Positions 6,298 through 15,906 of a DNA stretch of 64,000 nucleotides are shown here, piece after piece. The stretch lies in the IMG/VR virus record IMGVR_UViG_3300046170_000505; one strand, written 5' to 3'. Origin of the DNA: a virus. Both the position numbers and the translations under genes were made by a program. Numbering within the stretch: position 1 is the first letter of the stretch; each line of letters begins with the position of its first letter. The notes beneath the pieces were generated by a model. The model ran no database searches and was not told the DNA's origin. It worked only from the letters and a program-made list of their open reading frames with translations.

Positions 6298-7992
6298 ATG
6301 TCAGAAAATACTGAAAATGTAAAAAGAGTTAGAGATCTTGAAGATTTTGATCCAGCCGTTCCACTTTCCGATCAAGACTACTTAATTGTTGCAACTAATG
6401 AGGATGCAAATAACGACGGAACAAACGAAAGAGTCCCCTTAACAAAAAAAGCTAAGATTTCTGAAGCTGTACAAGCTGTGAATAGAGCTGTAGCCGCAAA
6501 AAGAGAATCTCAACCTGAGACTATTGAAATTGTGGATGAAAACGGAAACAATACCACAATACCAAATCCGTTGAAAAATATCACTACAGAAGTTGATGGC
6601 AACGGTGTTGAAGTAGACATTACCCCAGTAACAGCTGAAAATCTTGACGGATTAGTTGATCCTGGAAGCGGGCTTGAGGTAAAAACTATATGTAGAAATG
6701 AAGATTTTGAGGTTGTAGATTGCGGCGACCCTTCAGTAAAATACAAAACTAAAAAATTAAGTTTAGCCACATCCGAGGAATCAAAAACTATAACGATTCA
6801 CGTTAATACAAATGATGGAGTAGAGTACGAAAAATCTGGAAAAGCTTTAATCAATGGCGCTTTAAGTGAAAAATTTAAAAGACTAAGAGACGCATTTCAA
6901 TATATCCAAAATGATATTGGAGATTCAGATACAACAATAAACATTCATATAGAAACTGATACAGACGAAGGAGAAATTAACCACGTTAATAACGTTTATC
7001 ATACAAGAAAAAACGCAGAAATTAATGGTTGCTATATTTACATCTATGGCAGTGATGCGCAATGGCGACAAGGGGCAAATCCGCCAAAAGTAAAAATAAA
7101 AACCAAAAACCTACCTTCAACAAACAATGCTTATGTACCGTTTTGGTTTAACGCTTACCAAATAAGAATTAATTTCGTTCATTTTTGCACTGACCTGGAT
7201 GATAATAAAAATATTCATACTTGCTTTCGAGCTCATAAAAATTGTTTACTAGAATTTTTTGGTTGCAAATTTAGCGTAAGAGGCTCTACTCACATTTATA
7301 TTGAAGCGAGCAGGGGGGCAACGGTTGAAATTCAAAATAAAAGTGATGGCATTAATGATTTAGATTACAGAGATAAAAATTTCTGGGAACCAGCTATAGA
7401 ATTTGATTTTCACGATAGAGGAAGTGCTGCGACTTCTGGTCCAGCAGCTGCAGGCGATCCTTTTTATTGCGACTATCTTTTTGCTGCGGATACTGGTGGG
7501 GTATTTAGATTCCCAGAATATGGAAGTCACATTCCATATAGTGATACTCAAAAAACAAACTTCCAATCTAGAATTCACTTTTGTTCGGACAAAGTTGTAA
7601 TCGGGGCCGCTCTTTTTGGTCTCGAGGGTAATTGCGTTATGGATATTGTTGGGCTTTTCACCACTAGCCTTAACAAAAATTTTACTGCTACGAAAATACC
7701 GTACTTTTTAAGAGCAAGCGCTTTTAATGCAATAGGAATCAAGACCGCCTATCAACCAGGTGGAACAGTTGCAAATGGATATGGAGAAGTATTCGCCAGT
7801 AATGGAGTTGTACCTGGAAACGTTTTCGTGAATCCTACAACTCAATATGATATAGCTGTAAAAGAAGACGTTGATTATGTTAAACAATCAGGTGTTAGTC
7901 AATCACTCACCCTTATAACCAAAGTAAAAATGACACCAAATGATTCTGCTGAGACTGACTTAGAAGACTATTGGGATCCCCATAACTTTTAA
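6298..7992 (+). CDS. putative tail fibre/spike-like virion protein
   Basis: N-terminal KRVRDL..PLSDQDYLIVATNEDA shared with the next gene; beta-rich C-terminus; TTGAAT-17-TATAAT promoter upstream. Confidence 0.55.
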   Translation: MSENTENVKRVRDLEDFDPAVPLSDQDYLIVATNEDANNDGTNERVPLTKKAKISEAVQAVNRAVAAKRESQPETIEIVDENGNNTTIPNPLKNITTEVDGNGVEVDITPVTAENLDGLVDPGSGLEVKTICRNEDFEVVDCGDPSVKYKTKKLSLATSEESKTITIHVNTNDGVEYEKSGKALINGALSEKFKRLRDAFQYIQNDIGDSDTTINIHIETDTDEGEINHVNNVYHTRKNAEINGCYIYIYGSDAQWRQGANPPKVKIKTKNLPSTNNAYVPFWFNAYQIRINFVHFCTDLDDNKNIHTCFRAHKNCLLEFFGCKFSVRGSTHIYIEASRGATVEIQNKSDGINDLDYRDKNFWEPAIEFDFHDRGSAATSGPAAAGDPFYCDYLFAADTGGVFRFPEYGSHIPYSDTQKTNFQSRIHFCSDKVVIGAALFGLEGNCVMDIVGLFTTSLNKNFTATKIPYFLRASAFNAIGIKTAYQPGGTVANGYGEVFASNGVVPGNVFVNPTTQYDIAVKEDVDYVKQSGVSQSLTLITKVKMTPNDSAETDLEDYWDPHNF

Positions 7993-8010
7993 TAAAACAT
8001 TTATTTTATT

Positions 8011-9246
8011 ATGTCAGATCAAGAAAATGTAAAAAAAATCAGAGAGCTCGATGGCTTTGATGATTTGACCCCTCTTTCTGAAACAGATTATTTAATAGTA
8101 GCAACAAATGAAGACGCCGACGGAGACGGCTTAAAAGAAAGGCTTCCTTTTACCAAAAAAGCTACCATTTCCCAAGCCGTAGAAGTATACAATAACTCTA
8201 TAGCTCAACCTCCTGCAGTTGACCCAGGGACTGGCGAACCTGCTGCTCCAGATCCAGAAGAACAACCAGGATATGAAGAAACCGATCCAGCTACAGGCAA
8301 AACCGTAAAAAGAATTACCACTCCAGTAAACGGTGGCAACTTAGATAGCTTTCTTGATCCTGATGGCGGGTTAACAACTGTTGATTTTTGTCAAGACGAA
8401 TCCAAAGCTGAAGTTGCATGTGACGGAAGTCAAGGGGAAGTAAAATACAAAACTAAAAAAATAAGCTCTAACGGATTTAGTGGATTTGATGTTGAATTTT
8501 TGCATGGATTCCCTAAAACCAAGAGGGTTTACCGAGGGGGAATATTAAGCAGTGTCTCACATGGAATAGGAAAATTTTTAGAGCATTTTGCTCCCGCAAG
8601 AGGCGGCACAAACGATACGGCTAAGGCAATTAATGATGAAGAGACAGATCCACCAGTATCACTACCGATTACCGCTGAAGATCATAGCCATAATCACACA
8701 AGCAATATTGTTAATAGATTTTTTGTAGGCTTAACTTCTAACACATCAAGTAATTTCGGAATGATTATTTGGGCAAACGATTCAGGTGAGTCAAACTTTA
8801 GTGACGACCAGTCTGGAGCTTGGTACTTTTCCCTTAAATGGGGCTGGCAATTTATTAACCTGCCAAGCTTGCGATACAGCGATCAATTTGTTGAAAATTA
8901 TTGGATTTATGATTCTCAAAATCTTGGGTGGTACTGGTTAAGTATGGATATTTATCCTTGGATTTACTTTAATAGCGATTTACTTGGTAACGGATCGTCA
9001 ACTGGTTGGGGCTATGCAAATAATGCCACAACAAATGATACAGACGGAATTATACAAACAATAGGGCCAGTAGATCTGGGAACAAGCATTTACTTTAAAG
9101 ACCAGGGGTGGTACGCAAAAAGCAGTTTAAACGCCCCTAACCCTACCGTAGATACTAACGCTCCATTAACAGATCCAGGTCCACAACCAACAAGATCAGT
9201 AACGTCAATCTCTCCAGAACTGTTAGCAAACGAACCTGCAAGATGA
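8011..9246 (+). CDS. putative fibre-like virion protein with a Trp/Tyr-rich domain
   Basis: N-terminus paralogous to 6298..7992; WIYDSQNLGWYWLSMDIYPWIYF motif. Confidence 0.55.
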   Translation: MSDQENVKKIRELDGFDDLTPLSETDYLIVATNEDADGDGLKERLPFTKKATISQAVEVYNNSIAQPPAVDPGTGEPAAPDPEEQPGYEETDPATGKTVKRITTPVNGGNLDSFLDPDGGLTTVDFCQDESKAEVACDGSQGEVKYKTKKISSNGFSGFDVEFLHGFPKTKRVYRGGILSSVSHGIGKFLEHFAPARGGTNDTAKAINDEETDPPVSLPITAEDHSHNHTSNIVNRFFVGLTSNTSSNFGMIIWANDSGESNFSDDQSGAWYFSLKWGWQFINLPSLRYSDQFVENYWIYDSQNLGWYWLSMDIYPWIYFNSDLLGNGSSTGWGYANNATTNDTDGIIQTIGPVDLGTSIYFKDQGWYAKSSLNAPNPTVDTNAPLTDPGPQPTRSVTSISPELLANEPAR

Positions 9247-9401
9247 ACCTAACAAAAGACCAATTAGAAAAAATCGAAAAAGAAGCAATGAAATCTCTAC
9301 CTAAGGCAAAAAAAGATTTCTTAAAAGCACACGGCGTAAAGAACGAAAAAGAATTTACGGAGCGCTATAAAAGTAAAGTTGCTAATTCTAAAAAGAAGTA
9401 A
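9243..9401 (+). CDS. 52-aa basic hypothetical protein
   Basis: ATGA overlap with the upstream gene; MNLTKDQLEKIEKEAMK... Confidence 0.55.
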   Translation: MNLTKDQLEKIEKEAMKSLPKAKKDFLKAHGVKNEKEFTERYKSKVANSKKK

Positions 9402-9439
9402 ATACTTTAGAGGGTAGCTCTAGTAAAGCGGTAAGCTAT

Positions 9440-10744
9440 CTAAGAGTTATCTGCCACCCATTGAGAAGCTGCCGCTAAAGCCTCAGATGTTGAAGTAGCC
9501 ATCGCATTATTAATCGTAGTTTGGCTCAAAGTAGTTCTACGGCAGCCCAAGCCCTCCGTACCTCCACCTGCAGTAAATACTACGTTTCCATCATCTTCTA
9601 AATCTATCACATTATAAACTGCTTTTGTGATAGAATAGCATCTATTGACTCCCGATTGCGTCGAATTTTGAGTTGCTGGAGCTCCAGCAACAACTTGATA
9701 TCTTTGAGCGGCAGGAGCAGCATCTGCCTCTGGCATAACAGCCCACTGAGCATTTTGCCTAACATACAATTGTCCATCTAAGGGAGCTTCCTGAATTCCA
9801 GAGTTAGGTGCGTCATATATTGCTGAGGCCCTAAACTTAGGATGACTTGTTACTACATCGATAAAATCATTTAAAGAAATTTTAAAAGCGCCATCAGCCC
9901 TAGAGACAATAAAAATATCGCTGTCTTCCAACTGTATAGCTTCTGTTAGTTGATCTATTGTTGTTCTGCAATTTTGAGGAATAGCTGAACAGTCAGTAGC
10001 TGTCTGAGTAGGCGTTTCAGTAGGCGTTTCAGTAGGCGTTTCAGTAGGCGTTTCTTCAGGCTCAGGGGTTTCAGTGGGAGGATCTGGAGAAGTGGTTTCA
10101 GTATCGTTGCCAGAATCACTGCCAGAATCACTGCTAGAATCACTGCTAGAATCACTGCTAGAAAGTGAGCTTGCTACAGAGAATCTATTTTTAACCCAGC
10201 CTTCGAGAATTAAGCTATATCCAAGGTAGAGCATTAACTCACGTATTGCCTCTGCATACGTTGGTTGGTCGTTAAAAGGTTGTGCAGAGCTGTTTTGAGA
10301 AATATTTGCAACACCACCACCTAGACTAACTCCGTATTGAGTTATTCCTAAGTCATACAGTTCGGATTCCGTGATAGCCTCATAAGAATCGTTTGGAAAG
10401 GTCCAGGCATTTGCCCCGTTTTCTCCAGCACCTCTTGTGAAAAAATGAGGGGTAGGCATGTTAAATACGTCACCTGGATTTTGGTAGTTTAACCAATCCG
10501 TTGATCCTCCGTTATACCAAGCTTCTGAGTTCCTGGGTATTTTTCCTAAAAAGCTCATGGACGCTTCAGTACTCCAGATACTACCATCAGTTTTTAAATA
10601 CCCATACGCCGTCGTAGGGTTTCTTACCAATTCTCCATTGCTTCCGTTTGCGTCCAAAACACCAATTGATGTTAATTCAGACAAAATAACTTTATCTCCA
10701 TCATCTAAGTTTGCCCACCAGGCACTTGGATCATTCCATTCCAT
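9440..10744 (-). CDS. virion/fibre-like protein with a low-complexity linker
   Basis: EAPLDGQLYVRQNAQW fibre-type motif; SSDS and PTET repeats. Confidence 0.55.
   Translation of the reverse strand: MEWNDPSAWWANLDDGDKVILSELTSIGVLDANGSNGELVRNPTTAYGYLKTDGSIWSTEASMSFLGKIPRNSEAWYNGGSTDWLNYQNPGDVFNMPTPHFFTRGAGENGANAWTFPNDSYEAITESELYDLGITQYGVSLGGGVANISQNSSAQPFNDQPTYAEAIRELMLYLGYSLILEGWVKNRFSVASSLSSSDSSSDSSSDSGSDSGNDTETTSPDPPTETPEPEETPTETPTETPTETPTQTATDCSAIPQNCRTTIDQLTEAIQLEDSDIFIVSRADGAFKISLNDFIDVVTSHPKFRASAIYDAPNSGIQEAPLDGQLYVRQNAQWAVMPEADAAPAAQRYQVVAGAPATQNSTQSGVNRCYSITKAVYNVIDLEDDGNVVFTAGGGTEGLGCRRTTLSQTTINNAMATSTSEALAAASQWVADNS
10008..10161. repeat. in-frame 12-bp tandem repeats (GTAGGCGTTTCA x~4; CTAGAATCACTG x~4)
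   Basis: Directly visible; encode PTET and SSDS linkers. Confidence 0.85.
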
Positions 10745-10935
10745 TATTTCTTTTTCTTGTTGATTTCTTTTTTTAGTTGAGCGTATACTTTCTCAACCTC
10801 ACCTTCTTTAAGTAAATCAGAAGGAGCCTTGCTGCCCAAAGCTTTATTTGCAGTTTTTAACCACTGCGTAGCGCTATAAGAAGGCATACTCTTTGCCAAC
10901 AGATGAAGAACGTCGTATTTAGATAAATTAGGCAT
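10744..10935 (-). CDS. stand-alone Xre/MbcA/ParS-type antitoxin C-terminal (toxin-binding) domain protein
   Basis: ATQWLKTANKALGSKAPSDLL...G.VEKV...L matches the AxxWLxxPNxALGGxxPxxLL signature. Confidence 0.65.
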   Translation of the reverse strand: MPNLSKYDVLHLLAKSMPSYSATQWLKTANKALGSKAPSDLLKEGEVEKVYAQLKKEINKKKK

Positions 10936-10940
10936 TTATA

Positions 10941-10971
10941 TATTATATTACACCAAAGTCAGTGTATTTAT
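10941..10971. promoter_or_regulatory. divergent pair of GTGTA late-type motifs
   Basis: GTGTAATATA on minus (10953->10944) and GTGTATTTAT on plus (10962-10971) between divergent genes. Confidence 0.6.
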
Positions 10972-10992
10972 ATTTATAACCAATAAAAAATT

Positions 10993-11715
10993 ATGGGACG
11001 TAAAAAATCTACCCCTGACATAGAGTCAATCGCAGAAAATTCCTTAAGATCTAAAATAATAGTAAAAGGAAAAGAATTAACAGAAAAACAAAAGACTTTT
11101 TTAAAAATTGCATGCGACAAAGAAACAAGTGTTATGTTTGTAAACGGACCTGCGGGTTCGACAAAAACTTATATGGCAGTTTTTGCTGCACTAAGGCTTT
11201 TGCAAAAAAACTATGACCTTGACCTACTTTATGTAAGAAGCGTGATAGAAAGCGCGGATAAAGGCTTAGGAGCCTTGCCAGGGACTCTTGAGGAAAAGTT
11301 TAATCCTTACATGGCTCCCCTCGAAGACAAACTGACAGAATTGTTACCCAAAACAAGTACGGTAAAAAGTGACCTATTAGATTCTGGGAGAATACAGGCT
11401 ATGCCAATAAACTTTTTAAGAGGGGCAAATTGGATAGATAAAATTGTAGTAGCTGATGAATCTCAAAATTTCACATTCAAAGAATTGACCACCCTAATAA
11501 CCAGAATTGGAGAAAATAGTAAGTTATTTATTTGTGGTGACATTATGCAAAGCGACATCAATGGAAGAAGTGGCTTTAAAGATATGATTAATTTATTCAA
11601 AGATTCAGAAAGTAAATCCAAAGGAATACATTATTTTCAATTTAATGAAGATGATATCTTTAGAAGTGAGATACTTAAGTATATAATAAAGAAACTTAAA
11701 ACTTGTAATAATTAA
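10993..11715 (+). CDS. phoH: PhoH-like ATPase
   Basis: GPAGSTKT Walker A, LGALPGTLEEK, FLRG, DESQN, TRIGENSK, GDIMQSD. Confidence 0.92.
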   Translation: MGRKKSTPDIESIAENSLRSKIIVKGKELTEKQKTFLKIACDKETSVMFVNGPAGSTKTYMAVFAALRLLQKNYDLDLLYVRSVIESADKGLGALPGTLEEKFNPYMAPLEDKLTELLPKTSTVKSDLLDSGRIQAMPINFLRGANWIDKIVVADESQNFTFKELTTLITRIGENSKLFICGDIMQSDINGRSGFKDMINLFKDSESKSKGIHYFQFNEDDIFRSEILKYIIKKLKTCNN

Positions 11716-11717
11716 TT

Positions 11718-12341
11718 ATGGAAGGATTATATATAGTCATATCTGCTCTTATTGGTGCAATCGCTACAGTAGCAAGCGTATTTTTACGTCAACAATTTTC
11801 TAAATCAAAAAGCAGAGACCCTATTTTAACTGAGCATCAAAACAGCGACAATATTTATACGGCGCTGAATTTCATTATGGAACAAATGGGGGCAGACAGA
11901 GCGTATATCTTTCAATTTCATAACGGCTCTTACTATATGTCAGGAAGAAGTCAGCAAAAATTTAGCTGCACTCATGAAACAACTACTCAAGGGGTAAGCA
12001 GAGAGTCAGGTTATTCACAAAATCACATAGTATCCAACTATCACGAATATATCGACAGTATTGTTAAAGATGAATGTTTTTCATTTCAAACTGCCGAAGA
12101 AGTTGGAGATCATGCTTTTGGAGCTTTAATGAAAGCCAAAGGGGTGCAAAGTATTTATAATATACCAGTTAAAACTTTAAATAATAAAATAATAGGAATT
12201 CTAGGCGTTGATTATGTTAAAAAATGCGTTAAAGATTCTGACTTTAGCGTATGCAACGTAGACCATGCAGAAAAATTCTGTGAAGAAACCAATGAGTTTA
12301 TGAGAAGACAAGCCAGAATCATCGCAGGTTATTTAGTTTAA
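11718..12341 (+). CDS. N-terminal TM + GAF-like domain protein (possible T4 T-type holin)
   Basis: Hydrophobic aa 4-23; ADRAYIFQFHNG...IIGILGVDY GAF-like motifs. Confidence 0.55.
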   Translation: MEGLYIVISALIGAIATVASVFLRQQFSKSKSRDPILTEHQNSDNIYTALNFIMEQMGADRAYIFQFHNGSYYMSGRSQQKFSCTHETTTQGVSRESGYSQNHIVSNYHEYIDSIVKDECFSFQTAEEVGDHAFGALMKAKGVQSIYNIPVKTLNNKIIGILGVDYVKKCVKDSDFSVCNVDHAEKFCEETNEFMRRQARIIAGYLV

Positions 12342-12380
12342 AATTGATTTTTAATACATTTATTTTTAATATAAAGGTAT

Positions 12381-12695
12381 ATGCAATTTATATACTGTAC
12401 TGAATGCGGCTCGAAGAACGTTTATTCTGGATCGAAGCCTAAATTTTGCTCTTCTTGCGGTCACCCTATGGGTACAACAAGTTCTACAAAAAATAATAAT
12501 TTAAATAAAGAAGCTATCGTGCAAACAAAAGCTTCATTGGCGGAAAATGAAACGGATATCGATTATGTGCCATCAATAAGCTCGTTACAATACGAAATTA
12601 GTGATGACGGGACCCTAGGTAGTAAGACAATTAACGTCGGAGACATATTTAATGCCCAGGAAGCCAGCCAAAAAAGAAGACGCCCCTCAAGGTAA
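12381..12695 (+). CDS. zinc-ribbon protein
   Basis: CTECG...KFCSSCG; TTGATT-17-TAATAT promoter upstream. Confidence 0.75.
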   Translation: MQFIYCTECGSKNVYSGSKPKFCSSCGHPMGTTSSTKNNNLNKEAIVQTKASLAENETDIDYVPSISSLQYEISDDGTLGSKTINVGDIFNAQEASQKRRRPSR

Positions 12696-13401
12696 TAAAT
12701 TAAAATACGAGGACTTCTCCGACTTAATAGATCAAGAATTAAGGAAAAGGAGCAGGAATTGGTTTTTAACCTCTGTTAATTGGGTTGACTTTGATGATGT
12801 GTCTCAAATAATTAGGGCTCACATAAATAATAAATGGCATCAATGGGATCAATCTAGACCAATTAAACCATGGCTTAATAAAATAATAGCCAATCAAATG
12901 AAAAACATCTTGCGTAATCATTACAGTAATTACGCCAGACCCTGCTTAAATTGTCCATTCAATTCAGACGTAGAATACAATCTCTGTAGCTTTACTGAAA
13001 GCGGTACACAAGACAAAACTTGCCCGCTTTACGCTAAATGGGAATCTTCTAAAAAACACGCTTATAATGTTAAAATAACACTTCACCTGGATAGCCACAT
13101 TCACGAAGTCGATCAAGGGTCTGAACATTTCTTGGGGTCTGACATAGCTTTAGCTTCAGAAAAATTATTTAAAGAAATGGAGAACGTTCTTAACGAAAGA
13201 CAATATAAAGCATTTAAAATGTTATATATAGAAAACAAAACAGACGAAGAAGTAGCTCATGAAATGGGCTTTAAAAGCACGGAGTCTGGAAGAAAAGCAG
13301 GTTATAAACAAATAAAGAACTTAAGAAAGATGCTAAAAGATAAAGCGGCAAAAATATTAAAAAACAAAGGAATAACCTTTTTAGGCGATGAATCTAACTG
13401 A
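12652..13401 (+). CDS. phage RNA polymerase sigma factor (sigma70/ECF-like) with a Cys-rich insert
   Basis: Region 2-like DFDDVSQ...WDQSRPIKPWLNKIIANQMKNILR; region 4-like LNERQYKAFKMLYIENKTDEEVAHEMG. Confidence 0.75.
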   Translation: MPRKPAKKEDAPQGNKLKYEDFSDLIDQELRKRSRNWFLTSVNWVDFDDVSQIIRAHINNKWHQWDQSRPIKPWLNKIIANQMKNILRNHYSNYARPCLNCPFNSDVEYNLCSFTESGTQDKTCPLYAKWESSKKHAYNVKITLHLDSHIHEVDQGSEHFLGSDIALASEKLFKEMENVLNERQYKAFKMLYIENKTDEEVAHEMGFKSTESGRKAGYKQIKNLRKMLKDKAAKILKNKGITFLGDESN

Positions 13402-14437
13402 CGAACAAAAACAAACAATAAGGGATAACTTTAAATCAAACCCCGATCTACTTGAACTAACTAGGTTAGTATTTCAGAACGATTCAATTGATGGCAGAAG
13501 CAGAGAAGGTAGAGCTGTAAGAGAATTTTTATCAGAAGAGAAGCTGGAATACCAAACGAGGTTTAGAGAGAAGGTTGAAGATATAGAGCTAACAGACGAG
13601 CAAGAAGAATTCATTAAAGCTCAAGCTCAAAACGGTTTAAGCGCTTACCAAATAGCTGAAATACTGTTTCCAGATATACGTATTATTCGTTTCTGTAAAC
13701 AACACCATACTATCCTTGATTTTCTAAGAGAATATGAACCCGCTTTTGTTCATGAAACAGAGACTGCTGTTAATCGCACATACGTACCTCCAAAGATTTT
13801 TACCACAGCTTTCAATAAGATTAATGAATTCACAATGAAAGGTTTGTCCGAAGATAAATTATCTTACGAAGATACCGAATGTATTGAGTCTTTAATGAGA
13901 AGTTTATCGGCGCCAAGATTCATACAAGTAATCAGTAATTATAACAACATGAAAGATAGAGAGTTATTTGAAGCTGAGTTTATAAGAGCTACATGGGATA
14001 AACCAGATTTAACAAGCGATGAAATTAATCTTTATATTAATGTTTGTGTCGATTATATTAATTTAAAAAATATTACGGGGCACATTGAAAAACTAAATAC
14101 AATGTTTAATGAAGTCGAAGATCAACAAGATATGACTGTGCGCCTCGCAGAAGTCTTAAAGTCGAAGACCGATGAGTACGATAAGTGCGAGAAAAGAATG
14201 GAATCTTTAATTAAGAAATTAAATGGTGATAGAGCTGAGCGTTTAAAGAACAGGGGAAAAGAAAACGCGACCATTGTTTCTTTAGTAAAGAACTTCCAAG
14301 CAGAGCATGAAAGACGCAGAATGATCGAATTAGCAGAGATGCAAAAAAAATTAGTTGAAGAAGAGACAACTAGACTTGATAATATGGATAGCTGGAAAGC
14401 AAAAATATTAGGAATATCAAAACACGACGCCACATGA
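13388..14437 (+). CDS. conserved helical/coiled-coil protein (possible terminase small subunit)
   Basis: 349-aa ORF with HTH-like GLSAYQIAEILF, upstream of terminase; function is inferred from position. Confidence 0.45.
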   Translation: MNLTDEQKQTIRDNFKSNPDLLELTRLVFQNDSIDGRSREGRAVREFLSEEKLEYQTRFREKVEDIELTDEQEEFIKAQAQNGLSAYQIAEILFPDIRIIRFCKQHHTILDFLREYEPAFVHETETAVNRTYVPPKIFTTAFNKINEFTMKGLSEDKLSYEDTECIESLMRSLSAPRFIQVISNYNNMKDRELFEAEFIRATWDKPDLTSDEINLYINVCVDYINLKNITGHIEKLNTMFNEVEDQQDMTVRLAEVLKSKTDEYDKCEKRMESLIKKLNGDRAERLKNRGKENATIVSLVKNFQAEHERRRMIELAEMQKKLVEEETTRLDNMDSWKAKILGISKHDAT

Positions 14438-14688
14438 AAAAAATAGAATTATTAGTAGGAGATTATGAATACTCTCAAATAGAAGAAATATTTGAGAATG
14501 AACCAGACTTTGAACCAATAACAGAAAAAGATCAAGTTATTATTGCTACATTAAAACAAGTAATAAATAAAAACAATCTTAAAGAAGAAAATGTTGGCGG
14601 CCAAGAGACTTACCAAACAACAGTTAAAAAGATCATCGAACCAGAAAACAAATCCCTTAGTGAAGGAAACGTAGATTTTAAATTATGA
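14434..14688 (+). CDS. hypothetical protein
   Basis: Overlap-coupled ORF. Confidence 0.7.
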   Translation: MKKIELLVGDYEYSQIEEIFENEPDFEPITEKDQVIIATLKQVINKNNLKEENVGGQETYQTTVKKIIEPENKSLSEGNVDFKL

Positions 14689-14966
14689 TTACTAAACAAG
14701 ACGAAGAAAAGATTATCGAAGGAATTGCTAACGCAAATCTTAACTCTCTCAACATTAATGGATTGCTTGAGGCGGCTAAGTTTTATTCAATTACTCTTGC
14801 TAAAAATTCTGTTTCAGAAATGAGTGAAGAAAAAAAGCAAGAAGTATATGATAAAATGTTAAAGAGCGAAGCCGCTCAGAAAAAAGCAGACGAAGCTGCT
14901 GCCGAAAACCCAGAAGACGGGCCACAGGTAGTAGAAGAGAGCTTAGAAGCTGAGCCAGTCTCCTGA
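14685..14966 (+). CDS. hypothetical protein
   Basis: Overlap-coupled ORF. Confidence 0.7.
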   Translation: MITKQDEEKIIEGIANANLNSLNINGLLEAAKFYSITLAKNSVSEMSEEKKQEVYDKMLKSEAAQKKADEAAAENPEDGPQVVEESLEAEPVS

Positions 14967-15906
14967 ACGTGTTATATGCAAGGTATGCCAGAAATCGTTT
15001 AAAAACGACAAAGGCCTTCATTTGCATCTTTCCAGGATTCACAAGATTCCTGCGGCTGAATATTACGTAAATTTCTACCAGCGTAAAGATAAACACACTG
15101 GCGAGTTTCTTCCTTTTTGCGGTAAGGGACCAACCTTTGTTGAGAAAGGCGTTTATTTTAATACGGATTTTTCTTGCTTAGATAATTTCTATGCGTGGGC
15201 CGAATATGCCCCAAAAGAAGAAGTAAAAGATTATTTAATTAATCAATTAAAATTTAGGATAAATTCTAAAAGTCTTTCTTTTGCCCCTTCTTACTTAGAG
15301 CTTTTATTGCATGACCTACCTAGTTTAAATACTTATAAAAAATTCTTTGGTTCTTATTCCAAAGCATGCTCTTTGGCTGACGCCGAACCATTATTTAATA
15401 AAAAATTATTTAAAAACTTTTTTGAACCTAACGAAAACGTAGACTCAGCAAAGATCCTTATTGACACTCGAGAAAAGAAACCGTTATCTTTCGATAAGTC
15501 TGCATCAATGAAACTTGATTTCGGAGACTATGCTGTAGGGTCTCCGCACTACGATTATACTTATGTTGACCGAAAGAGCGAAACAGACTTCAAGAGCACG
15601 ATGACCATGGGTTATGATCGCTTCAACCGTGAAATGGAAAGGGCTATGGAATTCGATTCTTACTTGTTTATTGTGGTCGAAAGCTCTATAGAAGATATAA
15701 AGCACAATAATATTTATGGCCCCCGAGAATCAAACCTTTCTTTTATTTGGCATAACATGCGCCTACTAACACATAATTTCCCAAGAAAATGCCAATTCAT
15801 TTTCAGTGGAGGAAGGGAAGAGTCTGAGTGGCTGATTCCCAAGCTTTTGGTTTACGGAAAAAAACTGTGGTCTGTCGATATGCAATATTTCTTAGATAAT
15901 CGATGA
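14950..15906 (+). CDS. C2H2 zinc finger + ERCC4/XPF-type nuclease
   Basis: ILIDTREK...LDFGDY...VDRKS..DF ERCC4 motifs; in-frame CKVC..F...LHLSRIH upstream of the tracked start at 15022; start codon uncertain. Confidence 0.75.
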   Translation: MSQSPERVICKVCQKSFKNDKGLHLHLSRIHKIPAAEYYVNFYQRKDKHTGEFLPFCGKGPTFVEKGVYFNTDFSCLDNFYAWAEYAPKEEVKDYLINQLKFRINSKSLSFAPSYLELLLHDLPSLNTYKKFFGSYSKACSLADAEPLFNKKLFKNFFEPNENVDSAKILIDTREKKPLSFDKSASMKLDFGDYAVGSPHYDYTYVDRKSETDFKSTMTMGYDRFNREMERAMEFDSYLFIVVESSIEDIKHNNIYGPRESNLSFIWHNMRLLTHNFPRKCQFIFSGGREESEWLIPKLLVYGKKLWSVDMQYFLDNR

